Under the pieces are notes generated by a model, which saw only the letters and a list, made by a program, of their open reading frames with translations, was not told the origin of the DNA and did no database searches. A stretch of DNA of 32,000 nucleotides, taken from the NCBI GenBank assembly GCA_963675915.1, contig OY780959.1:1560001-1592000 (forward strand), read 5' to 3'. Shown one piece after another: positions 1 through 8,948 of this stretch. How positions within the stretch are numbered: the first letter of the stretch is position 1; every line of letters starts with the position of its first letter. Made by a program: the position numbers and the translations under genes. The stretch is from Coprobacillaceae bacterium. GTDB taxonomy: Bacteria > Bacillota_I > Bacilli_A > Erysipelotrichales > Coprobacillaceae.

Positions 1-141
1 AAAACTCTCCCCTTCAACCAAACCGCCTCCGGGAAGTTCGTAAACACCAAGACCATCCGTTGAAGGACGAATCCTTTTAAGCAATAATATCTCGCCATTG
101 TAAACAATGACGGCCTTTACAGTGATATGAAAATAGCCCAT
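1..141 (-). CDS. NUDIX hydrolase, N-terminal part (gene runs off the window start)
   Basis: Hand translation of the minus strand from ATG at 141 gives MGYFHITVKAVIVYNGEILLLKRIRPSTDGLGVYELPGGGLVEGESF. This is the start of a Nudix box (GGG..EGES). An AAGGAGGA SD lies 7 nt upstream. Confidence 0.7.
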   Translation of the reverse strand, partial: MGYFHITVKAVIVYNGEILLLKRIRPSTDGLGVYELPGGGLVEGESF

Positions 142-254
142 TGCTTAATCCTCCTTGATTAATTTTACCAAAAAAAAACGGCCAGTAGGAAGAAAATTAA
201 GAAATTTATAAGATTTTTTAATATTTTTTACCATATACAAGCAAAACTTGAATG

Positions 255-263
255 TGATATAAT
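255..263 (+). promoter_or_regulatory. Extended -10 element (TGaTATAAT) for pepV
   Basis: tgatataat at 255-263, about 28 nt upstream of ATG 291. GAGGTGA SD at 281-287. No good -35 seen. Confidence 0.45.
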
Positions 264-290
264 GTCCTTATATCTTAAAGAGGTGATATA

Positions 291-1652
291 ATGATAGATT
301 TTAAAACTGAAATCTTAAAAGAGAAAGAGAATTTAATCAATGATTTAGCTATATTGGTTTCTTACCCTTCCATCCAAGATGACAGCACGGTCAAAGAGAA
401 CCAGCCATTTGGCAAAGCCAATCGCGACGTGCTTGATGCCATGTTGGAAATCGGAAAACGTGATGGTTATGAAACTGTCGATGTCGAAGGTTACGCCGGA
501 CACATCGATATCGGGACTGGGGAAGAAGTATTCGGCGTGCTTGGGCACCTGGACGTTGTTCCAGTCAACGAAGTGGGATGGGACAGCGATCCATTCGTGA
601 TGAAACGGGAAAATGAAATCCTGTACGGCCGCGGGGTCGTTGATGACAAAGGGGCCTTGTTGGCTGGCTATTATGCCTGCAAAATTATCGACAAGATGAA
701 CCTAGACACCAAACTGAAAACCCGGGTTATCTTCGGATGCAATGAGGAAATGGGATCAAAATGTGTGAAATATTACTTCACCAAAATGCCATACCCTAAA
801 ATGGGATTCACACCCGATGCCTCGTTCCCGGTAGTCTATGGTGAAAAAGCCATGGCTTCAATCAACATTAGCGGAACAGTTGAAAACAAGGGTCTGATTT
901 CGATGTTTGCCGGAAAAAGAGCCAATATCGTTCCTGAAGAAGTTATTGCGATTGTCGAAGGCAATTACAAGAATTATCTCGAATCATTCACCAATTTCCT
1001 CGAAGAATACAAACTGAGTGGAAGCTGCGAAGAAGAAGGTAACCATACCCGCTTGATTCTCAAAGGGAAATCAGCTCACGCTTCGATGCCTGAAGAAGGT
1101 GTCAATGCCGTTGTTTACCTGGCCAAATATCTAGACAGTCAAATCGAAAACGACCTTGTCAAACTGATTGTCTCGAACCTGAGCGATTATAACGGGAAAG
1201 ATCTGAATATCGATTTGGTCGGGCAAATGGGTCCTTTGACGATGAACCTGGGCGTAATCGGGTATAAAGACCAGGAAGCAACAATTACCCTGGATATCCG
1301 GGCACCTCATGAAGTCGACTTCGATGAAATGCTGGGAAAAGTTGAAACCACACTTAAGCCCTACGGCCTGGCAATGGAAGCAAGCACCACACCACCTTTA
1401 TATGTCGATCCCAACAGCGAACTGATCACCAAGTTGCATCAGGCCTACCAAGCTGTTACCGGCAATGATGACGAACCTCAAGCCATGGGGGGCGGAACTT
1501 ATGCCAAAAGCATGCCAAACTGTGTCGCTTACGGAGTCGAACAGCAAGGATACGATTATAAAATTCATGGCAACAATGAGAATGTTCCAATCGATCATCT
1601 GATGTTGGCGACTGAAATTTTCTGCAAGGCCATTTACAGTCTGATCAAATAA
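291..1652 (+). CDS. pepV: M20-family dipeptidase (PepV / Sapep-like)
   Basis: 453-aa ORF with M20 metal-site motifs (GHLDVVP, DDKG, EEMGS). Good SD present. Confidence 0.8.
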   Translation: MIDFKTEILKEKENLINDLAILVSYPSIQDDSTVKENQPFGKANRDVLDAMLEIGKRDGYETVDVEGYAGHIDIGTGEEVFGVLGHLDVVPVNEVGWDSDPFVMKRENEILYGRGVVDDKGALLAGYYACKIIDKMNLDTKLKTRVIFGCNEEMGSKCVKYYFTKMPYPKMGFTPDASFPVVYGEKAMASINISGTVENKGLISMFAGKRANIVPEEVIAIVEGNYKNYLESFTNFLEEYKLSGSCEEEGNHTRLILKGKSAHASMPEEGVNAVVYLAKYLDSQIENDLVKLIVSNLSDYNGKDLNIDLVGQMGPLTMNLGVIGYKDQEATITLDIRAPHEVDFDEMLGKVETTLKPYGLAMEASTTPPLYVDPNSELITKLHQAYQAVTGNDDEPQAMGGGTYAKSMPNCVAYGVEQQGYDYKIHGNNENVPIDHLMLATEIFCKAIYSLIK

Positions 1653-1657
1653 TAACT

Positions 1658-1709
1658 AAAAAACACTTTTGACCGGGAAATCCATTTTCCAATTCAAAAG
1701 TGTTTTTTT
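1658..1709. terminator. Bidirectional intrinsic terminator between convergent pepV and the HAD gene
   Basis: 9-bp core stem cacttttga/tcaaaagtg with a nested ggaaa/tttcc stem. A-run on the left and T-run on the right. Confidence 0.75.
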
Positions 1710-1730
1710 ATTATCTAAAATTAATGTCCA

Positions 1731-2570
1731 TCAACCTTCGATCAGTCCCAATTTGACAAAGGCATTGTAAAGACCATCCTGATCAACCGGATCAGTGACC
1801 AGATCGGCTATCTCCTTGATTTCATCACTACCGTTACCCATTGCCACCTTGATGGCACAATGTTCAAGTAATGGAATATCGACGTTGGCATCACCGATGG
1901 CAATAGTATCTTCGATCTTGGCTCCAAGATGTTCCAGCAATTTGTCAACCGCTTTACCCTTGGTGATTCCCGGAAGCGCCAGTTCGCCCGCAATCGGTTC
2001 ATTATGGTTGGGCCCCCAGGTCCGGGATTTCAAATGAGGAAAAGCATCCTTAGCCGCTTGGTATGTGTGTTCACTGACTAAAAAATAGCTGACCTTGTTG
2101 ACATCATCGCGGTACATATTTCCATCCAAGACCATTCCCGGAAAAACGTTCTCCAAAGTAAACGGTAGATTTTCATCTTTGCCGATCGATTGCAGGTAGC
2201 GTTTCACCAGCATCGGTTCGAATTTCTTGAGCGTAGCACTACCAAACAGACCGTTGTTGCTTTCAAGATAAAACGGAATTTGGTTACTGTCAAGCCAGTT
2301 GACAATTTGGGTGCAGTCTTCTTTGGAAAGCGTTTCTTCCATGATCATCTGACCATCATCTTCGACAAAACTACCATTGCCCCCGATCATCCCATCGAGA
2401 CCGATATCCCAAATATAGGGATATGTCTGAGCCTTGGCTCTACCAGTACAGATATAGACGCGATGGCCGTTGGCGCGGGCGGCTTTGATTGCCTGAGTTG
2501 CCGATTCAGGAACCTGTCCTAGATAGTCGACCAAAGTCCCATCAACATCCATGATTATTATTTTACTCAT
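1731..2570 (-). CDS. Cof-type HAD-IIB family hydrolase (sugar phosphatase-like)
   Basis: 279 aa. N-terminal DVDGTL motif and C-terminal GDANVD motif. AAAGGAG SD present. Confidence 0.75.
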   Translation of the reverse strand: MSKIIIMDVDGTLVDYLGQVPESATQAIKAARANGHRVYICTGRAKAQTYPYIWDIGLDGMIGGNGSFVEDDGQMIMEETLSKEDCTQIVNWLDSNQIPFYLESNNGLFGSATLKKFEPMLVKRYLQSIGKDENLPFTLENVFPGMVLDGNMYRDDVNKVSYFLVSEHTYQAAKDAFPHLKSRTWGPNHNEPIAGELALPGITKGKAVDKLLEHLGAKIEDTIAIGDANVDIPLLEHCAIKVAMGNGSDEIKEIADLVTDPVDQDGLYNAFVKLGLIEG

Positions 2571-2689
2571 CTTCTTGCTCCTTTCTTAATTTTTATTCCA
2601 TCTCAATTATACCACGGACACCTTATTGATTATAGTGTAATAAGTAAAAATCACCAAGAATATGCAACTGTTCAATAATTTCTGATATC

Positions 2690-2732
2690 AAAAAACCTCC
2701 AAATTGCCGGGCTTGACTCCGGCTATGGAGGT
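2690..2732 (-). terminator. Intrinsic terminator after tyrA
   Basis: Outer stem cctcca/tggagg plus inner stem gccgg/ccggc, followed on the minus strand by U6. Lies 11 nt after the tyrA stop. Confidence 0.65.
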
Positions 2733-2742
2733 CGGTGGTTGA

Positions 2743-3579
2743 TTAAAGATTTTGTCGCCGGTTCGACGATTCAATAAAGTATTCTTTCAGTTTTTCTTCA
2801 TCTCCAGCTTCCAAGGCATCCTTGAATTTGTCCAGTTGATTTTCGAAATCATTGATTGATTTGAGCAGGTTTTCCTTGTTGTTCAAAAACAGCTCCGACC
2901 AAAGTGATTCATTGATATTCGCAATCCGGGTCAAGTCGCGGTAGGAATCCCCGATATACTTGCCGGTATCATATTTTTGATTGTCCGAATTGATCAGACT
3001 GACAGCAATGACATGGGGTAATTGCGAAGTAAATGAGATAACCTCATCATGATCTTGGGGCGACATGATCTTAATCGATTTGAACCCGATCATAGCCACA
3101 AATCCCTCCATGAATTTCAAGGCATCGCGGTCATTGATGCGATGGTCGATCAGGATGTAATTTGCATTCCTGAATACCTCTTTGGAAGAATATTCAAACC
3201 CTCTTTTTTCCCTTCCGGCCATCGGATGTCCAGAAACGAAATGGGCCTCTTCACCAACCAGGTCAATCGCCTTATCGATGAAATATCCTTTGATTCCAAC
3301 AGCATCGGTGATGATGCTGTCTTTTTTGAATTTGTTGTTTTTGATGAACTCGAGAACCAGAGACGGATACAAGCAGATAATGGTCAGATCGGTTTTAGGG
3401 ATGATCTGGCTTCCGTCAACAAACCCTTCCTCGATATATCCTTCTTCTTTGGCCAGTTTCAGGGTGTCCAGGGACGTATCGATCCCATAAACAGTATAGC
3501 CTTTCCCTTTGAGAGCCTTGACAAAACTGCCTCCGATTACTCCAAGTCCAACTACCGTGATTGTTTTAATATTAATCAT
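2743..3579 (-). CDS. tyrA: Prephenate/arogenate dehydrogenase
   Basis: 278 aa. N-terminal Rossmann GLGVIGGS, plus GHPMAG and SQLPH motifs typical of the TyrA family. Its start overlaps the pncB stop by 8 nt. Confidence 0.75.
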   Translation of the reverse strand: MINIKTITVVGLGVIGGSFVKALKGKGYTVYGIDTSLDTLKLAKEEGYIEEGFVDGSQIIPKTDLTIICLYPSLVLEFIKNNKFKKDSIITDAVGIKGYFIDKAIDLVGEEAHFVSGHPMAGREKRGFEYSSKEVFRNANYILIDHRINDRDALKFMEGFVAMIGFKSIKIMSPQDHDEVISFTSQLPHVIAVSLINSDNQKYDTGKYIGDSYRDLTRIANINESLWSELFLNNKENLLKSINDFENQLDKFKDALEAGDEEKLKEYFIESSNRRQNL

Positions 3580-5047
3580 TGCCGTTAACTCCTCGGATAT
3601 TTTCTAATAAATGCAATTTCTCATTCAGCAATTCCTTGGTCAGATCGACATAATAGGTGTGAGGATATTCCAGACGGAAAATTTCAGGCCACATTTTTGC
3701 TTTTTGAGCAATTGAATATTGCTTGATTTCCTGAACACATGGCTCATCGTACACTTTCGTTCCTGACAGGAAGATTGGTACCTGCAATTCTTCAATGGTA
3801 TAGGTACCGGCTTTGATGGTCTTGAATTTCCAGATGTTCGATTGATGATAGATAGTGATGTCCTTGTCAGGATCCATGACTTCATGGGAGAAGGCAATGA
3901 CATCCCCGATTGCCATTCCGCTTTCCTTTTGGTAAAGGCGGTAAACTTTTTTATACCCCGGATTGGAAATTTTTTCGGTATTCTCGGAAATTTTGATTTT
4001 TGGAATAATTTTACCGTCGCGTTCGATGGCAACCAACTTATAGACTCCGCCAAATACCGGTGACGATTTGGAAACAATCAGATTCTCCCCGACTCCAAAT
4101 GAATCAAGACAGGCTCCCTGGTTGAGCAATGAACGGATCAAATACTCATCAAGAGCGTTGGAAGCGGTGATTTTGACATCGGTAAGTCCGGCTTCATCCA
4201 GCATGATTCGTGATTTTTTGGAAAGATAGGCCAGATCGCCTGAATCCAATCGGACTCCGGCCAGTTTTTTCCCCATCGGTTCAAGAACTTCCTTGGCGAT
4301 TTTAATCGCATTGGGAATCCCTGATTTCAATGTATCATAAGTGTCGACCAGCAAAACGCAGGCATCGGGATAGATAGTCGCATAGGCATGGAACGCTTCA
4401 TATTCAGTGTCAAATGACTGCACGAAAGAATGCGCCATGGTTCCGACTGTCGGGATATCGAAATATTGTCCCGCCAGCACTGTCGCGGTCCCGGCCGCTC
4501 CGCCGATATAAGCCGCTCTGGCTCCATATACCGCCGAATCATATCCCTGAGCCCGACGGGCCCCGAATTCCAAAACCGGACGGCCTTTGGCTTCCCGGAC
4601 AATCCGGCTTGTTTTGGTCGCAACCAGTGATTGATGGTTGATTGATACCAGCAACAATGTTTCAATCAGCTGGGCCTCGATGAATTTGGCTCTTACTGTG
4701 ACCAACGGTTCATTTGGGAAAACCGGTTCCCCTTCCTTGACCGAGTAGATATCCCCGGTGAATTTGAAGTTTCTCAGATAGTCAAAGAACTCTTCATCGA
4801 ATTTATTTAATGAACGAAGATAATCGATATCATCTTCACTGAAATGAAGATGTTCAATCACTTCGATCAACTGGTTAAGTCCTGCAAAAATAGCATATCC
4901 GCCATTATCGGGATTACTACGGTAATACATATCAAAATAAACGTACTGGTCTTTTGTCCCCTGTTTATAATAATTATAGGCCATAGTAAGCTCATATAAA
5001 TCCATCAATAGCGTCAGATTACGACTGCTTCCTGCATGTTTACTCAT
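3572..5047 (-). CDS. pncB: Nicotinate phosphoribosyltransferase
   Basis: 491 aa. Typical Bacillota PncB N-terminus (LLMDLYELTMAYNYY) and GTMAHS motif. AAGGAG SD present. Confidence 0.85.
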   Translation of the reverse strand: MSKHAGSSRNLTLLMDLYELTMAYNYYKQGTKDQYVYFDMYYRSNPDNGGYAIFAGLNQLIEVIEHLHFSEDDIDYLRSLNKFDEEFFDYLRNFKFTGDIYSVKEGEPVFPNEPLVTVRAKFIEAQLIETLLLVSINHQSLVATKTSRIVREAKGRPVLEFGARRAQGYDSAVYGARAAYIGGAAGTATVLAGQYFDIPTVGTMAHSFVQSFDTEYEAFHAYATIYPDACVLLVDTYDTLKSGIPNAIKIAKEVLEPMGKKLAGVRLDSGDLAYLSKKSRIMLDEAGLTDVKITASNALDEYLIRSLLNQGACLDSFGVGENLIVSKSSPVFGGVYKLVAIERDGKIIPKIKISENTEKISNPGYKKVYRLYQKESGMAIGDVIAFSHEVMDPDKDITIYHQSNIWKFKTIKAGTYTIEELQVPIFLSGTKVYDEPCVQEIKQYSIAQKAKMWPEIFRLEYPHTYYVDLTKELLNEKLHLLENIRGVNGND

Positions 5048-5076
5048 GATAATCTCCTTGGTTTAAATTTTATCTT

Positions 5077-5105
5077 ATAATACCTTAATAACTGCAATTA
5101 TTCAA
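5077..5105 (-). promoter_or_regulatory. Sigma-A-type promoter for pncB-tyrA (TTGAAT-17-TATTAT)
   Basis: On the minus strand, ttgaat at 5105-5100, a 17-nt spacer, then tattat at 5082-5077. About 30 nt upstream of the pncB ATG. Confidence 0.55.
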
Positions 5106-5131
5106 ATAAAAAATAGGGCCGAGACCCTATT
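5104..5131 (-). terminator. Intrinsic terminator after rnc
   Basis: Stem aataggg/ccctatt (5112-5118 / 5125-5131) with a 6-nt loop, then UUUUAUUUG on the minus strand. The stem includes the rnc stop codon. Confidence 0.7.
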
Positions 5132-5807
5132 TGGCAAGTTTTCCCAGCGCCGCTTTGGCAGCTTTTTGTTCAGCCCGTTTCTTTGAAGATCCGGTCCCAA
5201 CCCCCAGACAGATATCGCCCATCATCGCCGAGATGGTGAAAGTCGGAGCATTTGACGGTCCCGTTGAATCCAACAATTTATACGTTACTGTTTTCCGGGT
5301 ATCCGCCTGGATCATTTCCTGAAGTGTCGTCTTGTAGTCGGTTATGTCCTCATAATCAACATCGGTGATATGTTTGAAAATGGTCTTGTTGAGCAATTTC
5401 AAAACTTCCTCCTCACCGACATCACTGTAGATAGCGCCAATAAGAGCTTCGAATACATTTGCGAGTACCGAGTCCCTGGTCGCTCCCCCATTATTTCTTT
5501 CACCCAGACCCAAATAAACATAGTCACCTATTTTCAATTCCCGGGCAAATCGCGCCAATGATTCCTCGCGGACCAGTTTTGAACGCAAGGTAGTCAATTT
5601 ACCTTCAGGTTTATTTGGGTATAAATTAAAGATATGACGAGACACATATAGTTGCAAGACAGCATCACCAAGAAACTCCAGTCTTTCGTAATGGCGGACA
5701 TTTTTATGCCGCTCATTCGCATATGACGGATGAGTGAATGCTTCTTTGTATATTTTTAAATTCTTCCAAGGAATATCATTATTTTTGAGAAATCTCTCTA
5801 ATTCCAT
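5127..5807 (-). CDS. rnc: Ribonuclease III
   Basis: 226 aa. RNase III signature ERLEFLGDAVL and a C-terminal dsRBD. Overlaps the plsX 3' end by 10 nt. Confidence 0.9.
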   Translation of the reverse strand: MELERFLKNNDIPWKNLKIYKEAFTHPSYANERHKNVRHYERLEFLGDAVLQLYVSRHIFNLYPNKPEGKLTTLRSKLVREESLARFARELKIGDYVYLGLGERNNGGATRDSVLANVFEALIGAIYSDVGEEEVLKLLNKTIFKHITDVDYEDITDYKTTLQEMIQADTRKTVTYKLLDSTGPSNAPTFTISAMMGDICLGVGTGSSKKRAEQKAAKAALGKLAK

Positions 5808-6781
5808 TTGGCCAACCCTTCTTCCAATTTTTCTACCACGTTTTCATTAGCCATTGCAATGGCCAGTTCAATCGCTTTTTTCACCGCACCACTGTCCGAA
5901 GATCCGTGGGCTTTGATAACCGGCTTTTTGAACCCCATCATCAGGGCTCCTCCAGCCGCGTCCGAACCGAATTTGTCTTTAAGCGCATACAGACCCGGTT
6001 TGGCCAGGACCGCTCCAACTTTGGTTCTTAGCGATGAAGTCAAAGAATCACGCAACGCCTTCATCAGCAGTTTGGCAACCCCTTCGATTGTTTTTAAAGC
6101 CACGTTCCCGGTAAACCCGTCAGTGACAACAATATCAACGTCACCGGTCAGGATATCGTTCCCCTCAACATTTCCAGTGAAATTCAAGTCTTCAGTTTCC
6201 TGGAGCAATGCATAAGCTTCCTTGTGAGTATCATCACCTTTTTTGATTTCTTCCCCGATATTCAACAATCCGATTTTGGGATTGGCGATTTTCAGGACAC
6301 TTTTGGCATAGACATCAGCCATGATTGCAAACGAGCGCAACTGTTCAGGCGTATTTGACGCGTTGGCTCCACAGTCAAGCATCAAGACCCCTTTGTTCTT
6401 ATAGGTCGGCAAAGTCGCCATCAGGCATGACTTTTCAATTCCTTTAAGCCGTTTTAAAAACAGCATCGCACATCCGTAAAACACTCCGGTATTCCCACAT
6501 GACAGGACCGCATCGACTTTGTCTTCACGAGCCAAAGTGATTGTCTTGACCAGGGATGCCTCTTTCTTTCTTCTTATTGCCATAACCGATTCTTCCATCG
6601 AAAGGATATCACGGGCGTCGAGCAACTCGACATTGGCGTAACTTTCCAGTTTGGAAAGTTCTTCTATTTTACCAACTACCACAAATTGGTTGGTTTTATC
6701 TTCTTTCAAATGCTCAATCAAAGCATCGACTACTATCGCGCTTCCTTTATCTCCGCTCATAGCATCAATTGCTAGCTTCAT
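5798..6781 (-). CDS. plsX: Phosphate acyltransferase PlsX
   Basis: 327 aa. Typical PlsX N-terminus (KLAIDAMSGD) and conserved length. Confidence 0.9.
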   Translation of the reverse strand: MKLAIDAMSGDKGSAIVVDALIEHLKEDKTNQFVVVGKIEELSKLESYANVELLDARDILSMEESVMAIRRKKEASLVKTITLAREDKVDAVLSCGNTGVFYGCAMLFLKRLKGIEKSCLMATLPTYKNKGVLMLDCGANASNTPEQLRSFAIMADVYAKSVLKIANPKIGLLNIGEEIKKGDDTHKEAYALLQETEDLNFTGNVEGNDILTGDVDIVVTDGFTGNVALKTIEGVAKLLMKALRDSLTSSLRTKVGAVLAKPGLYALKDKFGSDAAGGALMMGFKKPVIKAHGSSDSGAVKKAIELAIAMANENVVEKLEEGLAKWN

Positions 6782-6824
6782 AAATTTACCTCATTTTCAT
6801 AATTTCTAACCCATTATAACATAA

Positions 6825-8828
6825 TTAATCGATGTAAAGGTTATTATTTTGTGATTCTTCTTCAATCTTGTTTAAAATCTTCAGATAGCGCGGATCATTG
6901 GATTTGCCGTTAAGCAATTCAATCGCATCGTCCCGGGCCATCGCCAGAATATCATAGTCGCTGGTTACATCGCCAAACTCGAAGCGGGTTATTCCCGACT
7001 GGCGGTTACCCAGCAGTTCCCCCGGTCCACGGTAAAGCAAATCCCGATTGGCAATCTCAAAACCATCGTTGCATTCGGCAATGAAATCAAGCCGCTCCCG
7101 GCCCAGCGGAGTCTGGTTCTTGGTCAGAAGATAGCAGAATCCTTCCTGGTCGCCTCGGCCGATCCGGCCCCGAAGCTGATGGAGCTGCGAAAGTCCGAAA
7201 CGATCGGCATTGTAGATCACCATCATATTGGCATTGGCGACATTGACGCCCTCTTCAATAACGGTGGTCGCCACCAGAATCTGGATTTCATTGTTTTCAA
7301 ACTTCATCATCATTTCATGTTTCTGTCTGTCTTTCAATTTTCCATGGACCAATCCGACTTCGTATTTGTCTTTGAAATACTTGGCCATCCCCTGATGGAT
7401 ATTGATGGCATCACGGGTATCCATCGTTTCATTCTCATTGACCAGCGGACAAACCACATAGACCTGACCTCCGGTGGCCAGATAATCAACCAATTCCTTC
7501 AAAATCGGCTTCATGCTGTCGCCTTCGACAACCTTGGTATGTACTTGTTTGCGATGAAGCGGTTTGGTCCTGATGGTTGAAATATCCATATCACCATAGA
7601 CAGTCATCGCCAGCGTCCGAGGAATCGGGGTCGCCGACATCACCATGAAATCGACCAGTTCCCCTTTCTCTTTCAAGGCCTTGCGCTGATTGACCCCGAA
7701 CCGATGCTGTTCATCGGCCACTACCATTCCCAGATTGGCGAAGTTGACTTTGGCCTGAAACAGGGCATGAGTTCCGATAATCAGATCAATTTCCCCACTC
7801 TCCAGGCGGTGGTAGATTTCCGTCTTGTTCTTGGTTGAACCGGTCAGCATCTCAATTCTGACCCCGGTAGACTCAAATAAATTGGTGAATGTCTTGTAGT
7901 GCTGCTGCGCCAGAATTTCAGTCGGAACCATCAAGGCTCCCTGATAACCGCTGAGAAAGTTGGCATAGAAGCCAATTGCAGCTACAACCGTTTTCCCGGT
8001 TCCCACATCCCCCTGCAAAAAGCGGTACATCTGTTTGCGGCTTTTAAGATCATCAATAATTTCCTGACAGGCGGTGACTTGGTCCTTGGTCAAAGCGAAT
8101 TCAAGTTTGGCAACAAAGGCATCTACCAACTCCTGATTGAAATCTTTGATTTTTCCAATAACTTGGGACTGGAGATATTTGACATACTGGATTGCCAGCT
8201 GGAATTTGAAGAATTCCCGGTATTTGAAATATTCGCTGGCTTTGAGGATATCTTCCTTGGTGGTCGGATAATGGATCAGCTGCAGGGCCAGTCGCTTCTT
8301 GATCAGTTGTCGTTTGATGATCAATTGCTCAGGCAGGTCCTCTTCAAGCAAGGATCCGCCAAGATTGAAAGCTTTTTTCAAATAGGAATTGTAACTCCGT
8401 TTGGCCATGCCTTCAACCAGATTGTAAACCGGTGTGATTGAGCTGATTTCATCAAGAGGCGACAGATAGATGTTGCTGGCAGTAATCTTATTGAGCCTTT
8501 GCTCGTATTTGCCTACCACTGTCAGCTTCATTCCGGATTTCATCTTGGACATCAAAAAATTCCGGTTGAAAATAACTACCTTGACGGGATTGTTGTGATA
8601 ACTGATTTCAAGATTCATTACCTGGACCCGGGAATAGACAGTTTTAGGTCTTTGGAGCAATTCCCCCTCGATGGTGACGACCTCACCGTCAACAAGTTCT
8701 GTTTCCTCGATTATCTGATAACGGCGAGGCAGGTTGAAAAGAAGGTCCTCAATACTCATAATCCCCATCGCGTTAAGCTGTTCAATTTTATTATCCTTGA
8801 TTTTAAGCTGTTTTAGTGTTCCATCCAT
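6825..8828 (-). CDS. recG: ATP-dependent DNA helicase RecG
   Basis: Wedge domain plus SF2 helicase motifs (GDVGTGKT, DEQHRFG, QLRGRIGRG). I prefer ATG 8828 (AGGAGG 9 nt upstream) over the track's TTG at 8834. Confidence 0.9.
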   Translation of the reverse strand: MDGTLKQLKIKDNKIEQLNAMGIMSIEDLLFNLPRRYQIIEETELVDGEVVTIEGELLQRPKTVYSRVQVMNLEISYHNNPVKVVIFNRNFLMSKMKSGMKLTVVGKYEQRLNKITASNIYLSPLDEISSITPVYNLVEGMAKRSYNSYLKKAFNLGGSLLEEDLPEQLIIKRQLIKKRLALQLIHYPTTKEDILKASEYFKYREFFKFQLAIQYVKYLQSQVIGKIKDFNQELVDAFVAKLEFALTKDQVTACQEIIDDLKSRKQMYRFLQGDVGTGKTVVAAIGFYANFLSGYQGALMVPTEILAQQHYKTFTNLFESTGVRIEMLTGSTKNKTEIYHRLESGEIDLIIGTHALFQAKVNFANLGMVVADEQHRFGVNQRKALKEKGELVDFMVMSATPIPRTLAMTVYGDMDISTIRTKPLHRKQVHTKVVEGDSMKPILKELVDYLATGGQVYVVCPLVNENETMDTRDAINIHQGMAKYFKDKYEVGLVHGKLKDRQKHEMMMKFENNEIQILVATTVIEEGVNVANANMMVIYNADRFGLSQLHQLRGRIGRGDQEGFCYLLTKNQTPLGRERLDFIAECNDGFEIANRDLLYRGPGELLGNRQSGITRFEFGDVTSDYDILAMARDDAIELLNGKSNDPRYLKILNKIEEESQNNNLYID

Positions 8829-8913
8829 TTTCAAATCCCTCCTGGAGCCCCTGTTTGATCATATTTTTTAAATGAAGTTTGATTGGTCCGCCTTATCCTG
8901 TGGGGTTCAACTA

Positions 8914-8939
8914 CAAAAAGCACCGTCTGACGACGGCAC
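8914..8939 (-). terminator. Intrinsic terminator after yloV
   Basis: The minus-strand RNA forms gugccguc/gacggugc, 8 bp including 2 G-U pairs that would be A-C mismatches on the plus strand. Followed by UUUUUG. Confidence 0.6.
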
Positions 8940-8948
8940 TTTGAATTT

